Source: an uncultured Chloroflexia bacterium
Lineage (GTDB): Bacteria > Chloroflexota > Anaerolineae > Anaerolineales > E44-bin32
Assembly: GCA_963743255.1 (NCBI GenBank)
Contig: CAVUPD010000009.1
Location: 310,862-374,861, forward strand
Length of the DNA stretch: 64,000 nucleotides
Direction of reading: 5' to 3'
Both the position numbers and the translations under genes were made by a program. The notes beneath the pieces were generated by a model. The model saw only the letters and a program-made list of their open reading frames with translations. It searched no databases and was not told the DNA's origin. Positions within the stretch are counted from its first letter, which is position 1. Each line of letters begins with the position of its first letter. Below are positions 20,836 to 32,771 of the stretch, piece after piece.

Positions 20836-22713
20836 TCAGGGCCGAACCTGCACCTCGGCGACAACCAACCGGTGATCGGAGGCTAATGAGTCGGCGACCC
20901 AGGCCCGAAGGGGAGTCAGCCCTCGCAGCCAGACGTAGTCGATGCGCTTGTCGGGATCCAGAGCAGGGTCGGTCGGCGGCGGTGGTGTCTGTCCGAGCCG
21001 GGTGAAGGGGTCCTCGAAACCGGCCTGCACGACGGCCTGGGCGACCGGGCTGCCGTCCTCGGTGTTGAAGTCGCCCCCGAAGGACGCCGGCGTCCGGTCT
21101 CCGATGAATGCCAATGCCCCCATGATCTGTCCAAGCGTGTCTTCGTTCGACAGTCCCATCCAGATGCCGAAGGCGTGCACCGGCTTGTGGTCCAGTTCGA
21201 GTTGGACCCCCACGATGCCGGTTTGCTCCTGCAGGCTGCTCAGCAGGGCCATCGAGGTGGGCGCCGCGGGGCCTTTGTACAGCACGGCGATGCCGGTCAG
21301 GTGCTCGACCGTGGGGAGGTAAGCGACATTCATCCGCAGGCGGTGGGCCAGGTACAGCGCGTCATCCACGACGTAGCTCGTCATCCGGCCGGTGTCCACT
21401 TCCTGCAAGCGCGATGGCGTCGACCCCGGCTTCGGCGATGGCGTCGGCCATGTGGTCGAGATTGAAGTGCCACTCGGCGTCGTAGCCGTAGTGGATGTTG
21501 TAGGTCGCCACTCGCAGGGTGCCGTCGGACGGCAGCGCCTCGGCCGGCTGCGGCCAGACGGCGCCGAGGATGATCGCCAGGCCGCCCAGCCCGGCGAGGA
21601 GGGTGCGCGTCGGACGAGCGGAGAACTCCTGCCATGCCAACGCGACAGGGCGCTGGGAGGAGGCGCCGACCATCACCGCCACACACGCCGCCAGGTAGAC
21701 GATCCACCCCATGCCGCGCATCTGCGGGACGGCGTAGGGATAGGTGAACGCGAACGCGTTGAGGAAGTTGAGGACGAGCACCAGCCCGAAGGCCAGGGCC
21801 AGCATCTGTCCGACCGAGCGCTGCCGCGGAGAACGTCCGTCCAGCACGATCACCAGGCAGCCGAGCGCCAGGATCGCCGCCAGGACGACCCCGACGGCGC
21901 CGATCAGGCCGCGTCCGAAGTAGGCCACCATCAGGCTGGCGGCGAGACCGCACCGGGACGCCCAGCCGGAGCAGCGGTCTCGACGCCAACCGGTTCCCGA
22001 GCTCGTGTCGCAGCCGCGGCACCGTCGGCAGAAGTGTGAGCACGAACAGCAGGGGCGCAAAGACGGCGTACGGCGCCCCGCTCCGAGCGCGCCACGCCGT
22101 TTGGAAGCGCGAGCAACGAAGTTCAAGGAACAACAAACCGCCCAGCCCGAGCGAGGCGCGGCACGCCGAACAGGTTCGCCTGGCGATCACCGACGGCTCC
22201 CATCCACGCCAGGGCCAGGGCGATGCCGATGATCAGTGCTGCCCACAGGATCTGGGCTGGCAGCCAGATGGGCTGCAGGCTGAGGTCAAACGTCTGGCCG
22301 ACGGCGCGCAGGACCTGGTCGAGCGCCAACGCCGTGAGCAGCGATGGGAGGGCAAGCGAACGCCGTGCCGTCAGCAGGCCCGCCAGATACAGCCCGGCGG
22401 AAGCCAGGACGACCAACGCCCCCCAGTAGCGAAGTGATGCGTCATTGAAGGTCAGGGCGATGCGCGCCACCGCGGTCAAGCCGGCAAGGATCGCCAACCA
22501 GGCGTGGCCGGGGCTGCGCGGCGCCACCGCCGGAAGCGCCAGGGCCAGGAACACCAGGAGCACGCTGACGGGCAGCCAGGCGTCGGGCGACCCGGCGAAG
22601 ACCTGGTCGTAGATGATGCCGAACAGCACGGAGAAGACGACCCGCAGCGCCTGCAGGAAGAACAGCATGATCGAGGTCGCTTCGACGGCGCGCAGGAACC
22701 GCGTGTCGGTCAT
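20836..22713 (-). CDS. Polytopic membrane protein with C-terminal endonuclease/exonuclease/phosphatase (EEP) domain; at least 3 frameshifts
   Basis: N-terminal TM region (ORFs 22123..22827 and 21362..22126). EEP motifs LRVATYNIHYG and ..SDHRLVVAEV (ORF 20836..21408). ATG at 22713 follows GGGAGG. Confidence 0.75.
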
Positions 22714-22919
22714 CTGGCCGCCTCCCCTGAGCATCGTGCACGAACTGCGGGGGGATGATACCGCCAAACCCGCCCCGTTGGCGACGGGGGGAAGGTACAA
22801 ATCGGCGACGCAGGAGCCCCGGGACATGCCGCGTGTGCTGGGGTGCCCTGAAACACGGGTAAATCCTGCCGGCGGTCGTCTGCCGTATCGGAGGCGCCCT
22901 CCAGGAGCACACCGGGCAC

Positions 22920-24642
22920 ATGGCTACACACGTAACGTCCACCGAGGTCGTTCTGGCCCTCCGGCGATTGGCGCGGTGGTGCTGTTCTCCCTCTTCCCCG
23001 TGGTCAACCTGCTCTCGAGCAATGCCGGGCAGGTGCAGTTGCTCTCAGCAGGGCCGATCGGCGATCGTTGTGGTCGCCGGCTCGCTCCTGGCGCTCGGCA
23101 TTGTGCGGCTCGCACTCCACGATTGGCCCAGGGCGGCCCTGCTGGTCATCGGCGCGCTGCTCCTGTTCTTCAGCTACGGGCATGTGTACGACCTGGTGCG
23201 GCAGGTGGAGATCAGCGGCGTGGCGCTCGGCCGCCACCGTTACCTGATGCCCCTCTGGATTGGAGCGGGCCTCGTCTGGGTCTGGGTGGTCGTGCGGGTG
23301 GGGTCGACGTGTCTCGCCCAGATGGGCCCTTGCGCTTGGTGCTTTGACGTTGGTCCTCCCCGCCTCGTCCCTGGCCGTGGGGGTGATGCGGACGACGCTG
23401 GCCGTGCGACCGGGTGCGACGACGGACCTCGGCGGGATTGGGACGGCCTCCATCGAGGCATTGCCCGACATCTACTACATCATCCTGGACGGCTACGGCC
23501 GGTCGGATGTCCTCGCGGATCTCTACGGGATCGACAACACGGATTTCTTGCGCTTCCTGGAACAGCGAGGCTTCTACGTGGCCCCAGACGCCAGGAGCAA
23601 CTACTCCAAGACCATCCTATCGCTCGCATCCGCCCTGAACATGCAGTACCTGGACGAGATTGTCAACACGCAGGGTCTGAAGTCGGCCAATCGTCAGCCC
23701 TTGATCGAGATGATCCAGAACGGCCTCGTCGCGCAGTCGCTCCAGACTGCCGGGTACCAGACCGTCGGCTTCGAGACAGGTTATCCGCCCACCGAATTGA
23801 CAGGAGCCAATGTGTACCTGTCTGGTCCTGGGGGGGCTTCCTCTGCGTCCCCGCTCGAATGGGCGGCGCGTGGCGTGAACGAATTCGAGATCTTGCTTCT
23901 CCAGACGACTATGTTGCGCCCGGCCCTGGACAAGATCTCCGAGGGTCAGACCCTTGCCCGGAGCCTGATCAGCCAGCCCTATCGCGATCACCGCAGCCGA
24001 GTCCTGTTCACACTGGAACAGTTGCCCGGGGTCGCCCAGCTTCAGGGCCCGCACTTCGTCTTCGTCCACATCCTCGTGCCCCATCCGCCGTTCGTCTTCG
24101 GGCCCAGACGGCGAGGAGGTTGTCCAGACACGGCCTTTTCGCCTGATGGATATCGAGGAATACGACCCCGAAGAGTACATCGCGCGCTATAGGGACCAGC
24201 TCCTCTACCTTGACACGCTTCTCGAGCACTGCGATCGAGCGCATCCTTGAGAACTCGGAGCGCCCGCCGATCATCATCCTGCAGGGCGACCACGGCCCGG
24301 GCGCCCACATGAGCTATACCAAGCCGCTCACCAGCAACATGCGGGAACGCATGAGCATCCTGAACGCCTACCTAGTGCCGGCGGAGGTCGACGCGCCACT
24401 TGTATCCGTCGATCTCCCCGGTCAACTCCTTCCGCGTCCTGCTCAATGTCCTCCTCGGCGAAAGTCGGCCCCTCCTTCCTGACGAAAGCTACTTCACCCT
24501 GGACGACAGCCGGCTGTACAACATGATCAACGTCACGGACCGCGCCCGCTCGGACTCAGCGCGCAGCTCCCCCGATTGCCATAGGTGCCATATGCGTTGG
24601 TGCGTTGTTCCCTGGCCGCCAGGTGCTCGAGCCTTCGACTGA
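22920..24642 (+). CDS. Sulfatase/LTA-synthase-like (alkaline phosphatase superfamily) membrane protein; several frameshifts; ends approximate
   Basis: N-terminal TM helices. DIYYIILDGYGRSD and PPIIILQGDHGP motifs. The gene is spread over ORFs 22920.., 23260.., 24210.. and 24400... Confidence 0.65.
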
Positions 24643-24761
24643 CGGGGCGTTTGCTGGCTACGTGCGGCGACCGGATCAAGAGCGAGGCGCCCGTAGTCGC
24701 CGCGCTCACCCATTGCGTATGCCGCGGCCCCGCGGCACCGCCGAGGCTGGGGCCGCTCGGG

Positions 24762-25540
24762 CTAGTGGTAGAACGGCCTGAGCTCCGCTGCGGGCAGCGT
24801 GATCAGCCCCTCATCCCGGTCCCCGACCTGCGAGACGCGCGCCGGTTTGATCCCCACCAGGTAAGCCGTGTAGGCTGCCATCAGCGCGTCCAGTTGATCG
24901 TGGTCGTGCAGGCCGCTCAGCGGCAGGTCGCCGGTGAGCAGGTGGTGGCGAGTGATCTCCTCGAGTACGTGCACCGGATTGGCGACCTCAAAGCCCTCCA
25001 CATACGAGGACCAGCTGCCGCTGCAGGCGTCCTCGAGCGTCCCCTTTAGGAACGGCCGCCGGCCGAGGAGCGCGGCGAAGCAGGCATGCGGATGGACTTC
25101 AATCATCATCCGATCGGTCCGCGAATTCGCCGGCCACGAATTGCGTGAACCCCATCGAAGACAGCCGCCGGTAGAGGGAGAAGCCCTGGCGCATCCAGGC
25201 CGGGGCGTCCTTCTCCTTGGCCGGCGTGTTGTACAGCCGGATGTTCCGCCGCCGGAGCTCGTATTCGCACACCTTCCACTGCCCCCACGTTCGGCTGCCG
25301 GGGCGAAGGTTGAATCTCCGGCGCACTTCGGCGCGCAGCATCAAGCCCTGATTGGGTGACTGCGGCGCGTCGATGGCCACGACGCCCGACTGCACACCGG
25401 CGATGAAGGCCAGCACGCTTTCCGCATCCCCCGAGTCCATCGCCACCAGCTTGAGATCGCGGTCGAGGGCTGGCGAAGTGCATCGGGCGTTTGCCTGCCG
25501 TGGGATCGATGCCGATGTAAAGAGCGTCGCTGAACAACAT
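24762..25540 (-). CDS. DUF429-like (RNase H-fold) protein, tentative; about 2 frameshifts
   Basis: MLFSDALYIGIDPTAGKRP.. joined to ..VVAIDAPQSPN.. and ..MMIEVHPHACFAALLG.. over three ORFs. ATG at 25540 follows GGGAGGAAGG. Confidence 0.55.
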
Positions 25541-25555
25541 GCCTTCCTCCCTGTC

Positions 25556-26132
25556 CTAGTCTCCTGCCAGCCCCGCGGGCGCACCCCGGCGACCACGACG
25601 GACATCGCGGGCAAAGGCGTCCCATAGCTCCGGCGACGTGTGATAGGGCGAGAGCCAAGGCTTCGCCCCCGCCTGGCGCAGGGCAGCCTGCGCCGAGCGC
25701 CCGTCGACGATGGCCCAGGCGACGTACACCCAACGAGTGCGGTGGCGGCCCAGGCTGCTGTGCAGCAGGACCTTGCTGCCCGGCCCGCAGGCAATCGGCG
25801 ACGAACCGGCCGGCCAGCCAGCGATCCTCCGGCGCCGCTTCTGCTTCATCGGCAATTCCCAGCCAGAGAAATGCGTGCGGCACGGGCCCCTGGAATGCGG
25901 CGGGCCCGCCGGGGCGCAGGTGCACCACGGCCGTGATCCCGGTTTGCTCGGCGAATTCACCCCAGGTCTGGGGGATGTGGTCGCCGCCGGCGGCGTAGAT
26001 GCGATCCTCGACCCACGTCACGCTTGCCTTCCTCGTCCGCCCGGAGAGGAGTATACAGCCGCCGCTGGCGGGATCCACCGGCGGGGCGTCGTCCACGCCC
26101 CAGCTATGGTCCCGCTTGAAGAGAGGTTGCAT
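25556..26132 (-). CDS. Dual-specificity phosphatase-like protein with Ser in place of the catalytic Cys; one frameshift near 25790
   Basis: The P-loop-like VLLHSSLGRHRT matches HCxxGxxR(S/T) except Cys to Ser (AGC codon). The N-terminal half is in ORF 25341..26156 and the C-terminal half in 25556..25960. Confidence 0.6.
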
Positions 26133-26391
26133 CCGTCCTGGTGCGCATGCTGACACCTGTCTTTTGACGCCGCCGGAGCGCCGGTCTATACTTCCGTCAT
26201 GAGCGCAGTGGACCCCATGGCTTCGACCGACGCAGGTCCTGGTCGTGATCGATCGTCCCAGGCCCGCTGCCGCCGCTCACCCCGGAGGCGCGGGCCCACT
26301 GCCCAGCGCCGGGGATCGCCCATGCCAGGACCGGCGCACTCATGACGCACTGGCGCGATCCTTGTGGTCCCATCCTAAGGAGGCTGCAGGC

Positions 26392-27986
26392 ATGCCCGCG
26401 AAGACCAAGAAGAAGTCCATCTTCAAGCTGACCTACGCCACGATGTTCAATCCACCCGAGGAACTCCACCCGCGGTATGACGTGGAGCTGGCCAGGACCA
26501 AGGCTTCCCTCGGGCGCGAGTACGGCATGATCATCGACGGCAAGGAGGTCAAGGCGGCAGATAAGATCGAGCACCGGTCGCCGATCAACCAGGACTGGCG
26601 GCTGGCGGTGTTCCAGAAAGGCAACGCCGACGACGCCCGCGCCGCCCTGGCGGCGGCCCGCCGGGCGTTCCCCAAGTGGTCGGCATACGCCCTGGCAGCG
26701 AGCGCGTCAAGCTGATGCGCAAGGCCGCCGATCTGATCGACAAACGGATCTACGAGTTCGGCGTGGTCATGTCGCTCGAGGTCGGCAAGAACCGAATGGA
26801 GGCGCTCGGGGACGCGGCGGAATCGGCCGACCTGATCCGCTACGCCTGCGACCAGATGGAAGCCAACAAGGGCTACGTCGCACGCATGGGCAAGGACCCC
26901 TTCAAGGGCTACAGCGCCACGAACACCTCGGTCCTGAGGCCGTACGGCGTGTGGGTGGTCATCAGCCCGTTCAACTTCCCGTGCGCCCTGACGGCCGGCC
27001 CGGCCGGCGCGGCGCTGGTCGCCGGCAACACGCTGGTCATGAAGCCGGCGACCAACACGCCGTGGACGGTGCGGCTGCTCGCCGAGTGTCTGCGTGACGC
27101 TGGCGTCCCCGACGGCGCGTTCAACTACGTCACCGGCCCCGGGAGCAGCATCGGCCAGGAGTTGATCGACAACCCCGAGGTCGACGGCATCACCTTCACC
27201 GGTTCGTATGACATCGGCATGGGCATCCTGCGCTCGTTCGCCAACGGGCGCTATGCGCGACCGACGATCCTCGAGCTGGGCGGCAAGAACCCGGCCATCG
27301 TGTCGCGCAAGGCCGACCTCGACCGTGCGGCCATCGGCATCCTGCGCTCGGCGTTCGGCCTGCAGGGCCAGAAGTGCTCGGCCTGCTCGCGCGTGTTCAT
27401 CGAGCGGCCGGTGTATCAGAAGCTGGTCGATCGCCTCGCCGACCTGACCCGTAAGCTCGTTGTCGGCGACCCGACCGACCGCAGCGTCTACACGGGCCCG
27501 GTGATCAACCGCTCCTCGTACAAGGACTTCCAGGACTTCTGCGCCGAGCTCGGCAAGTCCGGCAAGTTCCTGACCGGCGGCAAGGTGCTGACCGACGGCG
27601 CACTCGCCAAGGGGTTCTTCTGCGCTCCCACGCTGGTCGTCGATCTTGCCGCTCGAGCACCGTTTGTGGAAGTACGAGATGTTCCTGCCGATCACGACGC
27701 TCGCGCCGGTCGACAGCCTCGATCAGGCGATGGGCCTGGCCAACGACGTCAACTACGGGCTGACGGCGGGCTTCTACGGGAGCGAAAAGGAACCGCCTGG
27801 TTCTTCGACAAGATCGAGGCCGGCGTGACGTATGTCAACCGCCCGCAGGGCGCCACGACCGGCGCCTGGCCGGGGTTCCAGCCGTTCGGCGGCTGGAAGG
27901 GCTCGGGCTCATCGGGCAAGAATGCCGGCGGCCTGTACTACCTGCCGCTGTACATGCACGAGCAGATTCAGACGCTGATCAAGTAG
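26392..27986 (+). CDS. Aldehyde dehydrogenase family (1-pyrroline-5-carboxylate dehydrogenase-like); 3 frameshifts
   Basis: VISPFNFP, ILELGGKNPAIV (catalytic Glu region), GQKCSACSRV (catalytic Cys). ATG at 26392 follows AAGGAGG. Frame changes near 26690, 27640 and 27800. Confidence 0.85.
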
Positions 27987-28043
27987 TCCGCCCTCGCGCG
28001 GGGGCCTGCGGCGGATTGGCCGCAGGCCCCCGCTCTCGATCGC

Positions 28044-28307
28044 ATGACCTTTCGCCTTGGCAGCGCCCTGATCCTGATTGGCCTGATCACGCTGGTCGTG
28101 TTCGCCCTCGGCCTGAGCGTGCAGCAGGCAGACGTGCGCGCCCTGCTCGGGGGTGCGGCGCTGTGTGCCCTCGGTCTGATTCTTCGACGGAGAGCGGCGC
28201 GATCCGCCGGCTTCGCCGGCCCGCTTCCGGATGCTGCGCCGCGCCCTCGGCCGCCCGCTCCCCCCGCCAGACGACGACGTGTGACGCTTGCGGGTATCAG
28301 CCCGTGA
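28044..28307 (+). CDS. Possible small membrane protein
   Basis: 87-aa ORF with two hydrophobic helices. The C-terminal Arg/Pro-rich tail runs into the repeat region, so it is weakly supported. Confidence 0.3.
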   Translation: MTFRLGSALILIGLITLVVFALGLSVQQADVRALLGGAALCALGLILRRRAARSAGFAGPLPDAAPRPRPPAPPARRRRVTLAGISP

Positions 28308-28790
28308 GCCAGGCCCGCCATTCCGGCGGATTCAGCCCACGGGGCGCACGGTGACCTGGGTCACCCGCAGATGGGGCCCTGCGGTTGTCAGCCGGCGAGT
28401 CAGCCCCACCAGTCCGGCGATTCGACCTTCACGGTGCGGTGGCTGGCAGACTCAGCTCCCATACCGTCGCACCATGTGACTCGGTGCGGCGAATCGTCTC
28501 GCGCACCACGGGGGCCTCGCGAGATAGGCACTGCATCCGATGACCCAGGCCAAAGCCTGCGGCTACCTGCCGCTCGCCACGCCCCTCCGCCATCGCGGCA
28601 GTTCATCCCACACGGCGCGTGTCGCCGCGGGCTGGCACGATGCCTGAGGCCAGGAGTCCGATGTGGGAGGTTGGGGTCTGGGGCTGTCAGCCCGAGAGTC
28701 GAACTTCGCCAGTCCGGCGATTCGACCTTCACGGTGCATGTAGCCGCAGCCTTTAGGCTGCGGCTTCCCCCGCATACGATTGCTGAGTGA
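28290..28790. repeat. REP-like hairpin array upstream of the RAYT gene
   Basis: Copies of GCCCGCCATTCCGGC.., CCAGTCCGGCGATTCGACCTTCACGGTGC (x2), AAGCCTGCGGCTACCTGCCGC and the hairpin GTAGCCGCAGCCTTTAGGCTGCGGCT. Confidence 0.8.
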
Positions 28791-28826
28791 TGTAGACTCG
28801 CACGCGCGGCAACCGAGGGGGAGAGC

Positions 28827-29320
28827 ATGCCTGATCCGGCGGACTCCGTCCGTGAGCAAACGCACTGATTGCCGCGTGCCGGGCATCGCGGTGAAGTGGC
28901 CGTCGCCACACGGCGCGGCTGGTTTCCGACGGGGAGCCGATCCACTGCCCCCGCGTAGCCCTAGCCCTTGGTCGATGCGCTCACCGCCTCGGCCGTCCAG
29001 CATGCGTGCTTTGTTCCCATCTATTGCGTTATGCCCGACCACGTCCACGTGATCCTTCAGGGGCCGGACGGCAGTGCCGATACCTGGAAGGCAATCGTAG
29101 CGTGTTCAAGCAGCGGTCGGGATTCTGGCTCGCAAGTCATCTTTCCGGCACACGCTGGCAGAAGGATTTCTACGATCACATCCTGCGGAGCGAGAACGAG
29201 GGCCCGCGACGCGTTGGTGTACATCGCGGCAAACCCGTTGCGCGCCGGACTGGTCCGCGTAGCCCAGCCGAGTACCCGTACACCGGTTCAATCGGCGACG
29301 AGCCTGCGGGGTCTCGCGAC
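28827..29320 (+). mobile_element. REP-associated tyrosine transposase (RAYT, IS200/Y1 HUH family), at least 3-4 frameshifts; ends approximate
   Basis: YCVMPDHVHVILQG (HUH), KQRSGFWL..WQKDFYDHILRSE, and YIAANPLRAGLV (catalytic Tyr region), EYPYTGS, spread over ORFs 28968..29354 and 29006..29536. Flanked on both sides by REP arrays. Confidence 0.7.
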
Positions 29321-29326
29321 AGGTGG

Positions 29327-29600
29327 GGCCCTGCGGCTACCTGCCGCACGCTAGCGCCCGCCATTCCGGCAATTCACCCCTCACAGCGCACGTCACCACG
29401 GGCCGTCGCTATGCGTGAGGCCCTGCGGCTGCATGCGCGCGCGCGACGCCCGCCATTCCGGCACTCACCCCTCACGACGCGCGTCGACCACGGGCTGTCG
29501 TCATGCGTGGGGCCTGCGTCCGACGGCGCAGGCTGAAGCCTGCGGCCACCTGCGCGGCGACGCCCGCCATGCGGGCAAACCGCACCCTCACGGTGCGCGG
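29327..29600. repeat. Three tandem ~92-bp REP units downstream of the RAYT gene
   Basis: Units at 29327..29418, 29419..29510 and 29511..29600. Each carries GGCCCTGCGGCT.., CGCCCGCCATTCCGGC and a CCTCAC..GTGAGG hairpin. Confidence 0.85.
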
Positions 29601-29727
29601 ATCCGCCGCTCCCCCGGAGTTGACATCCGGCCCCTGGGTGCCGTATGATCTCTTTGTCTATACAAAGGGGGACGCCCCCGGCGGCCTTCCGCCGACCCGG
29701 GCCGGCCCCGCCTGGGAGGTTGACACG

Positions 29728-31311
29728 ATGAGCGACCCCCGCCAATACGTCCTGGCCATCGACCTTGGAAGCGGAGGGCCGAAGGTCGGCCTCGTCGACG
29801 ACACCGGACGGATCTCGCCAGCGCGTTCGAGCGTATCCCGATCACCCTGTTGCCCGACGGCGGCGCCGAGCAGGATGCCAACGAGTGGTGGGCCAGCATC
29901 CTGCACACGTCCAAACAGGTCCTGGCGGAGGCGGCCAGTTCCGTCCTAGTCGATCGTCGCCGTCGCCTGCACCAGCATGTGGTCGGTGACCGTCGCCGTC
30001 GACGAGCACGGCAACCCCTTGATGCCGGCCATCTTCTGGATGGACACCCGGGGCGGCAAGTACAACCGCCAGATCGTGCGCGGGTTTCCCGAGATCGAGG
30101 GCTACAACTTGTACAAGCTGCTGCGCTACATCAGCGTCGTGGGTGCCCCGCCCACGCACTCCGGCGTCGACGCCCTCGGCCATATGCTATTCATCCAGCA
30201 CGAACGGCCCGAGATCTACCGTCGAACCTACAAGTTCCTCGAGCCGATGGACTTCGTCAACTTGCGCCTGACCGGCCGGGCGGTAGCCACACAGAGCACG
30301 CTCTTCCCAATGATCCTCGTCGACAACCGAAGCCCGGACGCCACTTCCTACGATGCCTGGGCGGTGCGCAACTCCGGCCTCGACCTGGCTAAGCTGCCTG
30401 AGATCATCCCCGTCAACGGGCTGGTCGGACCCCTGCTGCCCGCCGTCGCCGCCGAACTCGGCCTCTCGCCCAAGACCGTCGTGATCGCCGGAGCACCCGA
30501 CAATCACACCTCGGCCATCGGCAGCGGCGCCGTGCGCGACTTCGATGCCGTCGCCGTGATGGGTACGTCGGGCATGCTGTGCTGCCACGTCCCGTTCAAG
30601 AAGACGGATCTCAGCAGCATGATCACCACCATGCCCAGCCCGCTCCCCGGACGCCGCCTGATCTACGGCGACCTGGGCAACAACGGCAAGGTGCTCAATT
30701 CCTTCCTCACCAATCAGGTCTTCTGTAAGGACGCCTTCGGAGGCATGGAGCACTCGCCCGACGTCTACGAGCGCATGAACCAGACCGCCGAGCAGGCGCC
30801 GGCGGGGAGCGGCGGGCTGCTCTTCCTGCCCTGGTTCAATGGCACACTGTGCCCGAAGGAGGACGCCGCCATGCGCGGCGGCTTCCTCAACCTGTCGCAC
30901 ACCACCACCCGCGCCCATATGACCCGTGCCGTCCTCGAGGGGATCGCCTACAACTGGCGCTGGCTGCTCGGCCCGGCCGAAAAGTTCGTCGGCCGGCGAT
31001 TCCCCTATCTGCGCCTGTCCGGAGGCGGCGCCTTATCCGACACCTGGGCGCAGATCATGGCCGATGTGCTCAACCTGCCGATCCACCAGCAGGCGGACCC
31101 GCGCAACGGCAACGTCCTCGGCATTGCCTGCCTGGCCTTCCTGCGCCTCGGACACATCCGCCTCGAGGACATCCCGGGCATGGTCAGCATCGCACAGGTG
31201 TTCCAGCCGCGCCCGGAGAACCGCGCCACCTACGACCGGCTCTTTACCCAGTTCCTCGTATGCCAGAGGAGCCTCAAGCCCGTTTTCCACGTCCTGAATC
31301 CTGCCAGCTGA
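29728..31311 (+). CDS. FGGY-family carbohydrate kinase; 2-3 frameshifts in the first 300 nt
   Basis: LAIDLGSGGPKVGLVD phosphate-1 motif. FWMDTRG. C-terminal LSGGGALSDTWAQIMADVLNLPI. ATG at 29728 follows GGGAGG. Confidence 0.85.
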
Positions 31312-31334
31312 TGGGCAGCTGAGGAGGCTCCAAG

Positions 31335-32741
31335 ATGACCAGCAACTCGCCCTCCGCCGCGTTCGGCGACCTGCATCCGTACAAAGACCGCTTCGCCGCA
31401 CACACACAAATCCCCGCCCACGGCCGTCCGGCCGAGGAGGTCTTCGCCGAGCTCACCGCCATGGCCGAGGCGGAGAACCAGAAGTGGAATCGCGGCCAGG
31501 TCTCCGGCACGTTCTACCACGGAGGCATGGAGCACTACGCCTTTCTCAACCGCGTCTTCGGCCTGTACTCGCACGCCAATCTCTTGCAGCGCGACCTGTG
31601 CCCGTCGGGCACCAAGATGGAAGGCGAGATCCTGGCCATGACCGCCCGCATGCTGCACGGCGATGCCGTGCAGCAGCATCATCCGGGCGAGGAAGTGTGC
31701 GGCTCGATCACTTCCGGGGGAACCGAGAGCATCCTCAACGCCATGCTGGTCTATCGCGAATGGGCCCGGCGCGAGCGCGGCATCGCCAACCCGGAGATCG
31801 TCGCCCCGGAGACGATCCATCCCGCCTTTCAGAAGGCGGCGCACTATTTCGGTCTATGCCTCGTGCGCGTGCCGGTGCGCGACTTCCTGGCCGACGTCGA
31901 CGCCATGCGCGCTGCCATCACGCCCAACACCATCGCCCTGGCCGGCTCGGCCGGCAACTACCCCTACGGCCTGATCGACCCGCTCGAGCAGCTCTCGGCG
32001 CTGGCGGTCGAAAAGAACCTGGGCCTGCACGTCGACGGCTGCCTCGGCGGTTTCATCCTCCCGTGGATCGAACGCCTCGGCTACGCGGTGCCGCCGTTCG
32101 ACTTCCGCCTGCCGGGCGTGACGTCGATGTCGTGCGACACGCACAAGTACGGATACGCCCTCAAGGGCACCTCCGCCGTCCTGTACCGCAACCGGCACCT
32201 GCGCCGGTTCCAGTACTTCAAGACCTCCGAGTGGCAGGGCGGCGTCTACGTCTCGCCGACGCTGCAAGGCAGCCGCTCCGAAGGGCTGACCGCCGCCACG
32301 TGGGCCGCGTTGGTCACCCTGGGGGAAGCGGGCTACCTGGAAGCCGCGCGCGCCATCATGCAGGCGGCCGATACGATCCGCGCCGGAATCGCCACCATCC
32401 CCGAACTCAAGGTCGCCGGAGCCTCGACGTTCCTGATCTCGATTCTGTCGGAGGACGTCGACATCTTCCATGTCAACGACTACCTGTCCAAACTCGGATG
32501 GCGACTGAACGGCTGCCAGCGCCCGCCGGGGATCCACTTCTGCATGACGCTGCGCCAGACGCTGCCCGGCGTCGCCGAACGGTTCGTACACGACCTGCGC
32601 GATGCCGTCACCTACGCCAAGGACCCCGGACAGCCGATGGCCGAGAGCGGCGCCATGTACGGCCTGGCCGGTTCCGCCGGCGGCCGCGCCATGCTCGATG
32701 AACTCCTGCTGGACTTCCTCGATGCGACCTACGAGCCGTAG
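31335..32741 (+). CDS. PLP-dependent decarboxylase/lyase (group II, sphingosine-1-phosphate-lyase-like)
   Basis: Intact 468-aa ORF with the PLP-lysine region SMSCDTHKYGYALKGTS. Confidence 0.8.
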   Translation: MTSNSPSAAFGDLHPYKDRFAAHTQIPAHGRPAEEVFAELTAMAEAENQKWNRGQVSGTFYHGGMEHYAFLNRVFGLYSHANLLQRDLCPSGTKMEGEILAMTARMLHGDAVQQHHPGEEVCGSITSGGTESILNAMLVYREWARRERGIANPEIVAPETIHPAFQKAAHYFGLCLVRVPVRDFLADVDAMRAAITPNTIALAGSAGNYPYGLIDPLEQLSALAVEKNLGLHVDGCLGGFILPWIERLGYAVPPFDFRLPGVTSMSCDTHKYGYALKGTSAVLYRNRHLRRFQYFKTSEWQGGVYVSPTLQGSRSEGLTAATWAALVTLGEAGYLEAARAIMQAADTIRAGIATIPELKVAGASTFLISILSEDVDIFHVNDYLSKLGWRLNGCQRPPGIHFCMTLRQTLPGVAERFVHDLRDAVTYAKDPGQPMAESGAMYGLAGSAGGRAMLDELLLDFLDATYEP

Positions 32742-32771
32742 GCCAGCGGCCGTGAGCGCCGAGCGGTTGCT

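Noticed and set aside
28827-29320. The tyrosine-transposase-like gene as the missing integron integrase.
   Set aside because: Its motifs (HUH, YxxxNP) are those of Y1/IS200-type RAYT transposases, not IntI-type tyrosine recombinases. It also lies 9 kb beyond the distal, not the proximal, end of the array.
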